A stretch of 64,000 bases of DNA from Caldisericaceae bacterium (GCA_049967855.1 JBMFRX010000001.1:118111-182110); one strand, 5' to 3'; shown: positions 1 to 9,661, numbered from the stretch's first letter. Notes: generated from the sequence alone by a model not told the origin. Made by a program: numbers and translations.

Positions 1-1
1 A

Positions 2-436
2 GTTATACCCAAAGAGTATCTCGATGTACCTATGGATTACGAAAACCTACCAGCTCTCGGAACTATTATGGGTTCTGGAGGGCTTATAATAATTGATGAA
101 ACAAGTTGTATGGTTGATGTGGCAAAGTTCTTCCTGAAGTTTACTGTTGATGAATCTTGTGGCAAGTGTACCCCATGCAGAGAAGGAACGAGGCAGATGC
201 TTGCTATACTTGAGAGAATTTCGACAGGCAAAGGAAAGGCAGGCGATATTGAGAAGCTTGAAAAGATGGGTGAAATTATAAAGCTCACCTCTCTATGCGG
301 TCTTGGGCAGACTGCCCCTAATCCAGTGCTAACTACTATAAGATACTTCAGGGATGAGTACACTGCGCACATCGAAAAGAAAGAGTGTCCTGCTCATGTT
401 TGCAATATGCCAAAAAAAGCTGAAGTTAAAGTATGA
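2..436 (+). CDS. nuoF: NuoF/HydB-like NADH-binding flavoprotein subunit, C-terminal part (gene begins upstream of window)
   Basis: Frame open from base 2 ([11 protein letters not shown]...). MGSGG motif, [12 protein letters not shown] and SLCGLG (N3-type 4Fe-4S ligands), C-terminal HIxxKxCPAxVC. Confidence 0.88.
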   Translation, partial: VIPKEYLDVPMDYENLPALGTIMGSGGLIIIDETSCMVDVAKFFLKFTVDESCGKCTPCREGTRQMLAILERISTGKGKAGDIEKLEKMGEIIKLTSLCGLGQTAPNPVLTTIRYFRDEYTAHIEKKECPAHVCNMPKKAEVKV

Positions 437-460
437 CGACAACATTTTAAAGGAGGCGAG

Positions 461-889
461 ATGAAAGAACATTCGCTTATTGATAGCTTGCACGAGCTTC
501 AAGATGCTGACAGGGAGAACTTCATTAAAGGTAAAGATGCCATTTCTGTTGCAAGAAAAAGCAAACTGCCTTTGTCAAAAGTCTACGGGGTAGCGACGTT
601 CTATACAATGTTTTCCGTATACCCGAGGGGTAAGCATATTATAAGGGTTTGTAATAGTCTTTCTTGTCATATGGCTAAAGCAGAAGACATTGTTGAAAAG
701 CTGAAAGAAGTCCTTGGTGTAGAGATGGGAGAAACTACACCTGATAAAGAATTCACGCTTGAAGAGTCAAGCTGCCTCGGGATGTGTTCTGTTTCTCCTG
801 CTATGATGATTGATGATATGCCTTTTGGAAATCTTTCGACCGATGACATCCCCTTGATACTTGAGAAAGTTAGGGAGGGTAAATTATGA
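461..889 (+). CDS. nuoE: NuoE/HydC-like [2Fe-2S] subunit
   Basis: VYGVATFYTMF, CNSLSC and CLGMC ligand motifs; AAGGAGG SD upstream. Confidence 0.92.
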   Translation: MKEHSLIDSLHELQDADRENFIKGKDAISVARKSKLPLSKVYGVATFYTMFSVYPRGKHIIRVCNSLSCHMAKAEDIVEKLKEVLGVEMGETTPDKEFTLEESSCLGMCSVSPAMMIDDMPFGNLSTDDIPLILEKVREGKL

Positions 890-2529
890 AGATTGTCAGG
901 ACACATGTTCTTGTTGCAGAGGACACTAAAAGTATTCTTAAAGGAGCCAAGGAGATAGAAGAACAGCTTAACAGAGCTATAAGAGACGCAGGTCTTGAAA
1001 ATGAGATACTGGTCACTCCAACAGGAAGCCTCGGTTATGAAGATGTTGGAGTAGCAGTAGCGGTTTACCCTGAGGGAATAATCTATGTGCCTGTTACCAA
1101 GGGCAACATCAAAGAAATCGTGACAGAGCATTTTTTGAAGGGACGCGTTGTTGAAAGACTTGCAAAGAAGATAGAATCGACTTCTGTAAAGCTTGGAGTT
1201 ACTAAGTCAGAACAGATAATCTCAACACAGGTAAGAGTTGTCTTGAGAAATGTAGGTATGATAAATCCAGAAAGCATTGATGAATATATTGCAAGAGATG
1301 GGTATACAGCACTTGAAAAAGCTATCTCAAAAGGTCCACAGTGGACTCTCGATGAGGTCAAGAATTCAGAACTTAGAGGTCGAGGTGGTGCTGGTTTCCC
1401 AACGGGGAAAAAATGGGAATTCACTGCTAAAGCAAATAGCACGACTAAATTCTTGATTTGCAATGCAGATGAAGGGGAACCAGGGACTTTTAAGGATAGG
1501 GAAATAATGGAAGGGGATCCGCATTCTCTGATTGAGGGGATGATTATTGCAGCATTTGCAACAGGCTGTACTTACGGATACATCTACATTAGAGGTGAAT
1601 ATGACCTTTCTATCAAGCGTCTCGAAAAAGCCATTATCGATGCAAAAGCGCTCGGTTTACTGGGAGAAGATATCCTTGGAAGCGGGCTCTCCTTTGATAT
1701 TGAAATCAAGAAAGGAGCAGGTGCGTATATTTGTGGTGAAGAAACAGCTCTAATCGAATCAATCGAAGGTCATCGTGGAGAACCACGCAAAAAGCCTCCA
1801 TATCCTCCAACTTTCGGATTATGGGGAAAGCCAACTGTCATTAACAATGTGGAAACGCTTGCAAATATACCTCCAATCATTGCTAATGGAGCAGAGTGGT
1901 TTAAAACAATTGGTGTTCCTGGAACCTATGGAACGAAACTCTTTAGTCTTATGGGTGATGTGAATTGGAAAGGTGTTATAGAGATTCCTTTTGGCACGCC
2001 GCTTTCTTACATAGTGAATGATTTAGGAGGAGGCGTCAAGGACGGCAAGGCTCTGAAGGGCATAATACTTGGAGGAGTTTCAGGGAGTCTTATAACTCCA
2101 TCTAAACTTGATACTCCAGTTGACTTCAATTCTCTTGCACTTATTGAAGCAGGTCCTGGTTCGGGTGCAATAATTGTAATGGACGAAAGACGTTGCATTG
2201 TTGATATTATGAAGAACATTGCGTATTTTTTCAGGCATGAAAGTTGCGGAAAGTGCACTCCGTGTAGAGTTGGTACTGAGGAACTGTATGCAATGATAGA
2301 TGGCATATCAAAAGGTCGCGGCGACTTGAAAGATCTTGACAAAATCAAGAGCTTAGGTCAAGATATGAATCTAACATCTTTTTGTCCTTTGGGGCAGACT
2401 GCGCCTAACATAATTCTTCAGTCAATAAGAGAATTTAAGCAAGAGTGGCTTGAGCATATTAAAGACAAGAAATGCAGAGCAAATGTATGTAAATTTGAAC
2501 CGATTGAAGAGGAGGTCTTAGATGAGTGA
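886..2529 (+). CDS. nuoF: Second NuoF/HydB-like FMN/NADH-binding subunit
   Basis: [48 protein letters not shown]. Confidence 0.92.
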   Translation: MKIVRTHVLVAEDTKSILKGAKEIEEQLNRAIRDAGLENEILVTPTGSLGYEDVGVAVAVYPEGIIYVPVTKGNIKEIVTEHFLKGRVVERLAKKIESTSVKLGVTKSEQIISTQVRVVLRNVGMINPESIDEYIARDGYTALEKAISKGPQWTLDEVKNSELRGRGGAGFPTGKKWEFTAKANSTTKFLICNADEGEPGTFKDREIMEGDPHSLIEGMIIAAFATGCTYGYIYIRGEYDLSIKRLEKAIIDAKALGLLGEDILGSGLSFDIEIKKGAGAYICGEETALIESIEGHRGEPRKKPPYPPTFGLWGKPTVINNVETLANIPPIIANGAEWFKTIGVPGTYGTKLFSLMGDVNWKGVIEIPFGTPLSYIVNDLGGGVKDGKALKGIILGGVSGSLITPSKLDTPVDFNSLALIEAGPGSGAIIVMDERRCIVDIMKNIAYFFRHESCGKCTPCRVGTEELYAMIDGISKGRGDLKDLDKIKSLGQDMNLTSFCPLGQTAPNIILQSIREFKQEWLEHIKDKKCRANVCKFEPIEEEVLDE

Positions 2530-5239
2530 ATTAGTTAACGTCAAAATTGATGGCAAAAGTTACCAGTTTGAAAGAGGGACTACAATTTTAAAGGCATGCA
2601 AATCTGTAGGCTACGATATACCTACGCTTTGCTATCTTGAAGGGATATCAGAAGAAGGTTCCTGTGGAGTGTGTGTTGTTGAAGTTAAAGGTGCAAAAAC
2701 TCTACAGCGTTCCTGTATAACTGAAGTCACTGAAGGGATGGAAATAAGTACGAATACTCCAATAGTTCGTGAAGCAAGGAAGATGAATCTTGAACTTGCA
2801 CTTGCACACCATCCACTTGACTGTATGACCTGTGATGCAGATGGAGATTGTGAACTGCAAGAACTTGCATATGAATTCAACATTAAGAAAAGCCAATTTC
2901 TTGACGAGCGTGAGGCTTTTGAGTCTCCTAAAGAAACCGCTTGGGACACAAATCCGTTTATTCAATTCGACCCTCAGAAATGTATCTTGTGCAGGCGTTG
3001 TGTTGAAGCTTGTGAGAATCAGTCGATAGTCGAAGCAATTGGAATTGCTATGAGGGGATATAAATCAACTGTTTCAACTCCTTTCAATCTTCCGCTCGAA
3101 GAAACAGATTGCCAATTCTGTGGGGCTTGCATTCAAGCTTGTCCAGTAGGGGCTCTGGTTGAAAAACCGCGCGTCGGGAAGGGCAAAATCTTTAACCTCG
3201 AAAAAACCGAGACAATTTGTTCTTACTGCGGAACTGGTTGCGAACTTACTCTTTACAGAGATAAGAACAACAAGCTGATTATGGCAAGAGGAAATGAGGA
3301 TTCTGTTGTTAATAAGGGCAGGCTTTGCGTCAAGGGACGTTTTGGATTTGAGTACGTCAATTCCCCGGACAGGTTAACTACTCCTTTGATTAAAGAGAAC
3401 GGCAAATTTAGGGAAGCAAGTTGGGATGAGGCTCTCGAATACACATCGCGGAGGTTGTCTGAAATAAGGGAGAAATATGGGCCAGATTCAATTGGAGTGC
3501 TCGGCTCATCAAGGTGCACAAACGAGGACAACTATGTGGTGCAGAAATTCGCAAGAGCTGTTATTGGTACAAATAACGTTGATAACTGTGCAAGGTTATG
3601 CCATTCTTCCACTATTGCTGGTCTTGGAAAGGCACTTGGTGCTGCAGCTGCAACAAACCCAATTGAGGATATTGCAAATATCGATGTAATGTTTGTGATT
3701 GGTTCTAATATGACTGAGACTCACCCAGTGATTTCGCAATTTATCAAAGAGAATCAGAAGAAACGTGGAGCGAAGCTCATCGTCTGTGATCCAAGGAAAA
3801 CCTATCTTTCGACTGTTTCTGATGTGTACATTCAGCATAACCCTGGGACGGATGTGGCACTGCTGAACGGTATTATGAAAGTCATTGTAGACAAGGGGTT
3901 GCTTAATAGAGAATTTATTGAGTCTCATACTGAAGGATATGATGAATTTGTCAAAGTAGTGTCAAATTACGACCTTGATACTGTCGCCAAAATAACAGGG
4001 GTGGACAAGTCTCTGATTGAGAAGGCTGCAATTATGTATGCTGAAGCAAAGAATGCGACCATTTTCTATACTATGGGCATTACACAGCACTCCGTAGGCA
4101 CTGATAATGTACTGAGTGTCGCAAACTTGGCGCTCTTAACAGGACATATTGGTCGCGAGGGTAATGGGATTAACCCATTAAGAGGCCAGGCAAATGTGCA
4201 AGGAGCTTGTGACATGGGAGCACTTCCTGATGTGTACACTGCTTACCAAAAAGTTACCGATGCGGCTTCCAGGGAGAAATTTGAAAAAGCATGGAATGTA
4301 AAATTGCCTGACAAGGTCGGATACGCTGTCAGTGAGTTTGGTGACCTTGCCTTTGATGGAAAATTGAAAGCAGTCTATGCTATGGGCGAGAATCCTCTTA
4401 TGACAGAAGCAGACATAAAGCATGTTAGAGAAGGTTTTGAGAAGCTGGAGTTTCTTGCTATTCAGGAAATTTTCCTCTCCGAAACAGCTGAGCTTGCAGA
4501 TGTAATTTTCCCTGCGGCTGCTGCCTACGAGAAAGAAGGGACTTTTACAAATACCGAGCGAAGAGTACAGCTTCTGAGGCCTGCTTTAGAGAAGCCATCC
4601 AATGCAAAGTTTGATTGGGAAATTGTTTCTCTTCTTGCAGCAAAGATGGGTTATCAAATGAACTACAAAAAAGCCTCTGATATTATGGACGAAATAGCTT
4701 TGCTTTCACCATCTTATGCTGGCATTCACCACTATAGACTCGAAAAAGGCGGAATTCAGTGGCCTTGTCCCAACGATGAACATCCTGGAACAAAGATATT
4801 GCACTATGGCGGTGTATTTAAGAGACCAAACGGAAAAGCTCTAATGAACCCTGTTGAATACAAAGAGGCAAAAGAGCTCCCTGATAAAGAATATCCGCTT
4901 GTTCTTACTACTGGAAGGATTCTCTACCACTATCATTCTGGGAATGAATCGAGAAGAGTTGAAGTGCTTGAAGCTTTTGTACCAAAGAATTATGTTGAGA
5001 TAAGTCCTTTAGACGCTAACAACCTTGGAATTAAGGATAGGGACGTTGTAAGAGTGTCAACCAGACGCGGAAGCATAGAGGTTGAAGCTCGTATCTCTGA
5101 AAAGCCCAAGAAGGGGATTGTATTTGTCAGTTTCCATTTTAGCGAAGCAAATGCTAATGTTTTGACTAACGCAGCACTTGACCCTATTGCAAAGATACCA
5201 GAATTTAAAGTAGCAGCTTGTAAAATTGAGAAAATTTAA
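2522..5239 (+). CDS. fdhF: Formate dehydrogenase alpha subunit (Mo/W-bisPGD, Cys ligand) with NuoG/HydA-like N-terminal Fe-S domains
   Basis: N-terminal 2Fe-2S, HxxxCxxCxxxxxC and two ferredoxin motifs; CSYCGTGC...C; active-site NCARLCH; PLRGQANVQG; C-terminal LTTGR and DPIAKIPEFK. Confidence 0.95.
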   Translation: MSELVNVKIDGKSYQFERGTTILKACKSVGYDIPTLCYLEGISEEGSCGVCVVEVKGAKTLQRSCITEVTEGMEISTNTPIVREARKMNLELALAHHPLDCMTCDADGDCELQELAYEFNIKKSQFLDEREAFESPKETAWDTNPFIQFDPQKCILCRRCVEACENQSIVEAIGIAMRGYKSTVSTPFNLPLEETDCQFCGACIQACPVGALVEKPRVGKGKIFNLEKTETICSYCGTGCELTLYRDKNNKLIMARGNEDSVVNKGRLCVKGRFGFEYVNSPDRLTTPLIKENGKFREASWDEALEYTSRRLSEIREKYGPDSIGVLGSSRCTNEDNYVVQKFARAVIGTNNVDNCARLCHSSTIAGLGKALGAAAATNPIEDIANIDVMFVIGSNMTETHPVISQFIKENQKKRGAKLIVCDPRKTYLSTVSDVYIQHNPGTDVALLNGIMKVIVDKGLLNREFIESHTEGYDEFVKVVSNYDLDTVAKITGVDKSLIEKAAIMYAEAKNATIFYTMGITQHSVGTDNVLSVANLALLTGHIGREGNGINPLRGQANVQGACDMGALPDVYTAYQKVTDAASREKFEKAWNVKLPDKVGYAVSEFGDLAFDGKLKAVYAMGENPLMTEADIKHVREGFEKLEFLAIQEIFLSETAELADVIFPAAAAYEKEGTFTNTERRVQLLRPALEKPSNAKFDWEIVSLLAAKMGYQMNYKKASDIMDEIALLSPSYAGIHHYRLEKGGIQWPCPNDEHPGTKILHYGGVFKRPNGKALMNPVEYKEAKELPDKEYPLVLTTGRILYHYHSGNESRRVEVLEAFVPKNYVEISPLDANNLGIKDRDVVRVSTRRGSIEVEARISEKPKKGIVFVSFHFSEANANVLTNAALDPIAKIPEFKVAACKIEKI

Positions 5240-5255
5240 TACAAAGGAGGCAAAA

Positions 5256-6110
5256 ATGAATGAGATGAATCTCTTTCCACCAGCTCAAATAGCTGAGAAA
5301 CTGAGAGATGTATGTGTTGGAAAATGCAAGATTCCTATGAAGAAGTTTTTTGTCCTGGCAATTCTTGCAGGTGCGTTTATTGCTTTTGGAGGTGAATTGT
5401 CAATTCTGGTTGGCTCTGACGCCTCACTCGGGTTTGGTTTTACCAAGTTCCTTGCAGCAAGCGTATTTACTGTTGGTCTCATTTTAGTTGTTGTTGCTGG
5501 GGCAGAGCTTTTTACGGGGGATAACCTCATAGTAATCTCAGCTCTGGATAAGAAAATCCGATGGAGCGAATTGCTTAAGGCCTGGGTTGCCGTATACATC
5601 GGCAACTTCATTGGCTCTCTGCTTATTGCTGCGTTTCTCTTCTGGGGAGGAACATGGTCATTGAATTCAAACGCAGTAGGAGCGGCGGCACTGAAGATAG
5701 CAAGTGCAAAAGTGAGTATTCCTTTCTGGCAGGCATTCTTCAGAGGAATACTCTGTAATTGGTTAGTGTGCCTTGCTGTATGGATGGCAACATCCTCAAA
5801 AGATGTTATAGGAAAGATATTTGCAATCTATTTTCCTATTATGGCTTTTGTTGCTTCAGGTTTTGAGCACTCTGTTGCAAATATGTTTTTCATTCCTTAC
5901 GGAATTTTCTTGAAAAGTGTACCCAAAGTTGTCGAAGCAACAGGCAAAACTCTTGCAGACTTTGCTAATCTGAATTGGGGAACACTTTTTACAATGAACC
6001 TGATACCTGTTACGCTTGGTAATATAATAGGCGGAGCGTTCTTTGTGGGGGCTATATACTGGTATGTGTATCTGAGGAAGGAGCCAGAAACTTTTGAACC
6101 CAAAAAATAA
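5256..6110 (+). CDS. focA: Formate/nitrite transporter (FNT family)
   Basis: LAGAFIAFG, GAELFTGD, GILCNWLVCLA, FEHSVANMF, VTLGNIIGG. Start moved to ATG 5256 after AAGGAGG. Confidence 0.93.
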   Translation: MNEMNLFPPAQIAEKLRDVCVGKCKIPMKKFFVLAILAGAFIAFGGELSILVGSDASLGFGFTKFLAASVFTVGLILVVVAGAELFTGDNLIVISALDKKIRWSELLKAWVAVYIGNFIGSLLIAAFLFWGGTWSLNSNAVGAAALKIASAKVSIPFWQAFFRGILCNWLVCLAVWMATSSKDVIGKIFAIYFPIMAFVASGFEHSVANMFFIPYGIFLKSVPKVVEATGKTLADFANLNWGTLFTMNLIPVTLGNIIGGAFFVGAIYWYVYLRKEPETFEPKK

Positions 6111-6741
6111 TTCCTACAAAGATAAGTTGCGTTCAAAGAAAGTAAAACCTGTTATCCTTGTTGGTGGCAAGAGCAGGCGCTTTGGGCGCGACAAGTTTTA
6201 TCTTGAATTTAATGGGAGATTAGTCATAGAAAGGACGTATTCTTTGCTTAAGCGGGTCTTCAACGAAGAGCCTCTGTTTGTAGGAAGAGAGGCTCTTCCA
6301 CCTCCTTTTATTTCTATCCCCGATGTTACGATAGGACTGGGTCCGATAGGAGGGCTTTATACTGCGTTAGACTGTGTTGATGCAGATTTTGTCTTCTTGA
6401 CTGCCTGCGATATGCCTCTTATAAATGAAGATGTCTTGCGATATATGTTCAACAACCTGAATTCAAATTGCCAGGTTTATCTCCCGCGATTTAGAAACGG
6501 TATGATTGAGCCACTTTTTGCATTCTATAGTGTTGGGCTTAAGTACAAGGTTAAGCGTAGCATTGAAGCAAGAGACTTTAGAATGCGGTCATTGCTTGAA
6601 GGAAGCCTGGTGGAATATCTCGATGAAAGCGAGATTAAATCTATTGACGAAGAGCTACTGAGTTTCCTAAATATTAACACCAAAAACGACCTTGATAAGA
6701 TTATCGGTAAATTGCATTGTGAAAGAAATAGAGATTATTAG
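6094..6741 (+). CDS. mobA: Molybdenum cofactor guanylyltransferase
   Basis: ILVGGKSRRFGRDK, GPIGG, ACDMP, EPL, FLNINT; fdh context. Start uncertain. Confidence 0.88.
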   Translation: MNPKNNSYKDKLRSKKVKPVILVGGKSRRFGRDKFYLEFNGRLVIERTYSLLKRVFNEEPLFVGREALPPPFISIPDVTIGLGPIGGLYTALDCVDADFVFLTACDMPLINEDVLRYMFNNLNSNCQVYLPRFRNGMIEPLFAFYSVGLKYKVKRSIEARDFRMRSLLEGSLVEYLDESEIKSIDEELLSFLNINTKNDLDKIIGKLHCERNRDY

Positions 6742-7402
6742 GTTTGAGAATGGTATTTTTCAAAAACGTAAAGACTCAGTGGTGAGAGAAAGGATTCTAA
6801 ATATTTTTGTGGGTGGAGAATTCTTGAACTCTATCATCTATTCGTCGGGATTCTCCAAGGAGCTTCTTTTTGGATACTTATACCTTGAAGGGCTTATCAA
6901 TTCGGTTCACGATGTAACCGAATACAGAGAAACAGAAAGTGAATATTCCGTTAATTACTTCGTTGAAGTTAGAAAGTCGGAGATTGCCTCAATAAGCAAA
7001 GAAAGGATTACAGTGAACAGGAACACCCTGTTTAGCTTAATGGAAGAACTCCTGTCGAAAGGAGAAATATTCTCAAAAACTGGTGGCACGCATATCGCAG
7101 GATTAGCTGAAGATAACAAATTAAGTGTTTATTTCGAAGATATATCCCGACGAAGTGCAATACAGAAGTGCGTTGGTTTTTCAATCCTAAACAAGCTAAG
7201 GCCTGACTTTCTTTTTCTAAGCGGAAGGGTTGGTTTTAATACGGTGCTTTATGCTAAACGTGCAGGTATAAATTTCATAGTCTCGCAATCATCTGCCTCC
7301 GATCTTGCTATCAGGACAGCCACAAGTGAGGGTATAACGCTAATTGGTTTCCTGCGCGGAAAACGTTTCAATATTTATTCTCACGCTGAATACGTTGAAT
7401 AA
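6719..7402 (+). CDS. fdhD: FdhD/NarQ-family formate dehydrogenase accessory protein (degenerate)
   Basis: ELLFGYLYLEG, FSKTGGTH, EDISR, LSGR, ITLIGFLRG..FNIYSH. GTG start at 6719 preferred. Confidence 0.82.
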   Translation: MKEIEIIRFENGIFQKRKDSVVRERILNIFVGGEFLNSIIYSSGFSKELLFGYLYLEGLINSVHDVTEYRETESEYSVNYFVEVRKSEIASISKERITVNRNTLFSLMEELLSKGEIFSKTGGTHIAGLAEDNKLSVYFEDISRRSAIQKCVGFSILNKLRPDFLFLSGRVGFNTVLYAKRAGINFIVSQSSASDLAIRTATSEGITLIGFLRGKRFNIYSHAEYVE

Positions 7403-7571
7403 GTTTAGCTTAAATTCAATTACGCGAACTATTTTTAGTTGCTATTTTTGAACCACATTGTATGGAATTACTTGCCTTTGAGCCTTGTATAAACTTTATA
7501 GTGAGTTTTATCTAAAACATTTTAACTGTTTTTATAGTGAAGAAGCAACATTCTTTTTTTAGGTTTTGAGG

Positions 7572-8699
7572 CTATCTCATAATCAGGTAGTATACATCTT
7601 TAAGATCGTTTGGAAGGATAACTGATTTTCTATCTGAAGTATGTGCACAATACAGAGTTGTGTAGCCATCATTTTCAACAATTACTATAGCATGGTCTGG
7701 TGAATCATTGCTGTTCCAATCAATCAATGCAATTGTCCCAGGAATTGACACCACTCTCGCTTCTGAAACCGAAGCATAGTATGTGGTGACAAATGAAAAT
7801 AAATCTATCCCGCCTTCTTCTCCGTCAGTAAAGTCAACGTAGTTCCAAGCAACTGCAGATGGATTCCAGGTGCTGCTGTATGGAACTCCTCCTGCGTGGA
7901 GTGACTGCGATGCGTAGTTTGCGCAATCATAACCTACTGCGAATTCATATTCTTGATTGTAAAACGCTGTGTCTTGATTTGTAGGGTCACCTTCACAGCA
8001 TATCTTGTTTGTGTTGGATGTATATGTCTTTGCATATTCTGAAGCTTTCTCTCCGCTATAGTTAATCCCTGACAGCCCTGTTTTAGCAATGGTAAGCATA
8101 AGAGAAGATAGTGCATTGTTCATTTCTGATTTAATTTCTGCATCTGAAGGCAACTTCAAAGCGCTTTCTATTGTTTCATACATTCCACCTCTTGGTGTTT
8201 CTGCCAGCATTTCAATTTTGCCATCTTTATATTCGACTTTGATTCTGATGTATGCTTCAAGCCCGTCCTTGATGTATCTCTCAATTGCCGACCTATAATT
8301 TGCTTCATAGTTGTTAATAAAAGACTCTTCCACAGGCAGCAACTGATTATTTTTCTTAAAATTCTCAATTGCCAAAATGACAGGATGAAGTGAGGAGTTT
8401 TTGATTTTTAGCTTCAGATTCAAATTTACCAGCACTACTAGATTGTACGAATTACCGTCTGTCTCGAAGCTCTCTTTATTGAGAGAGACACTTGCTGTGT
8501 ATATTGGGCTGTAATGTGCAATAAGGTAATTCTTCACATAATCTTCAAGGTAATTCTCGTCAACCTCTTCAAATTGCAAGGTATGGTTATCTGCAGGAGA
8601 ATCTCCCTCCAGAGTGCTGTTGTGGAAAATGATTCCTGTTCCTCCAAGAACAAGAGTCATTATTATAGTAATTATTAGAGAAATATTTAGTTTCTTCAT
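7572..8699 (-). CDS. Exported protein with C-terminal amidase_6-like domain (putative cell-wall hydrolase)
   Basis: N-terminal basic plus hydrophobic segment; YSGEKASEYA, GYDCANYASQSLHAGG, DHAIVI, YCAHTSDR motifs. Confidence 0.7.
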   Translation of the reverse strand: MKKLNISLIITIIMTLVLGGTGIIFHNSTLEGDSPADNHTLQFEEVDENYLEDYVKNYLIAHYSPIYTASVSLNKESFETDGNSYNLVVLVNLNLKLKIKNSSLHPVILAIENFKKNNQLLPVEESFINNYEANYRSAIERYIKDGLEAYIRIKVEYKDGKIEMLAETPRGGMYETIESALKLPSDAEIKSEMNNALSSLMLTIAKTGLSGINYSGEKASEYAKTYTSNTNKICCEGDPTNQDTAFYNQEYEFAVGYDCANYASQSLHAGGVPYSSTWNPSAVAWNYVDFTDGEEGGIDLFSFVTTYYASVSEARVVSIPGTIALIDWNSNDSPDHAIVIVENDGYTTLYCAHTSDRKSVILPNDLKDVYYLIMR

Positions 8700-8785
8700 T
8701 AAATTTAATTATAATAAACAATAGTGTATAAAATATGAAGAGAGTTTTGCTTTAAGTTATTCGAAATGTTAGTATAATATTAAAT
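8700..8785. promoter_or_regulatory. Divergent promoter region with a TATAAT -10 box on each strand just upstream of each start codon
   Basis: + strand TATAAT 8773-8778 (ATG 8786); - strand TATAAT 8713-8708 (ATG 8699); no SD before either gene. Confidence 0.55.
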
Positions 8786-9661
8786 ATGGAAATATACCAC
8801 ACGCCGGTTTTGTTGGAAGAAAGCATCGAACTGTTAAACATAGCAAGAGGAAACACTGTATTAGATGCAACAGTAGGAGAAGGCGGGCACAGCGTTGAGT
8901 TGCTTAAGCGAATTGGACCAGAAGGCCTCCTTGTTGGGATTGACCTTGATACCGAAGGCCTCAAAAAAGCTTCGAGCCGCCTAAGAGAAATCGGAAACAA
9001 CTTTGTACTGATAGAAGGTAACTTCCGTGACTTAATAGTTAATATTAAACCTATAGTGTCTCGGGTCGACGCAATTATAGCAGATTTAGGTTTATCGTCT
9101 CTACAGCTTGAAGAAGGATACAGAGGTTTTAGTTTTATGAAGGAAGGCCCTCTCGATATGAGAATGTGTCCCCCGTGCACACGTTGCTCAGCGTACGATG
9201 TTGTTAACAGCTTTAAAGAAGATGAAATTGCGGATATACTTTTCTATTACGGCGAAGAATTAAATGCAAGGAAAATAGCAAATAGAATTGTTTCCGAGCG
9301 TAAGATTGCACCAATTGCAACCACAACACAGCTTTCAGAACTTGTAAAAGGCGTTTTTCCTAGAAGCTACTACAGAATTAATCCTGCAACAAAGACGTTT
9401 CAAGCATTGAGGATTTTTGTAAACGGAGAAATTGATAATCTCAAACGTTTCCTGAAAGATGCGCCAGATGTTTTAATTTCAAAGGGACGTATTGCAGTTA
9501 TTTCATATCATTCCCTTGAAGATAGGCTTGTTAAGGAAGCATTCAGAAATGATTCCAGGTTAAGCAGAATAAATAAGCACGTAATAGTTCCAGGAAAGGA
9601 AGAAGTGCTTGCAAATAGAAGGTCGCGAAGCGCAAAATTGAGGGTTGCCGAAAAAGTATGA
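8786..9661 (+). CDS. rsmH: 16S rRNA m4C1402 methyltransferase
   Basis: HTPVLLEE, DATVGEGGHS, DLGLSS.Q, GPLDMRM, PATKTFQALRI, SYHSLEDR, RSAKLR. Confidence 0.97.
   Translation: MEIYHTPVLLEESIELLNIARGNTVLDATVGEGGHSVELLKRIGPEGLLVGIDLDTEGLKKASSRLREIGNNFVLIEGNFRDLIVNIKPIVSRVDAIIADLGLSSLQLEEGYRGFSFMKEGPLDMRMCPPCTRCSAYDVVNSFKEDEIADILFYYGEELNARKIANRIVSERKIAPIATTTQLSELVKGVFPRSYYRINPATKTFQALRIFVNGEIDNLKRFLKDAPDVLISKGRIAVISYHSLEDRLVKEAFRNDSRLSRINKHVIVPGKEEVLANRRSRSAKLRVAEKV

Noticed and set aside
3599..3645. Selenocysteine codon or SECIS in fdhF
   Set aside because: The active-site codon is TGC (Cys) and the ORF is uninterrupted; the downstream GCTGGTCT resemblance to a SECIS is explained by the conserved AGL peptide.
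7403..7571. Short repeats (TTTATAGTGA twice, CTATTTTT twice) between convergent genes as a CRISPR or operator array
   Set aside because: Only two short AT-rich copies each, no regular spacers and no cas genes.
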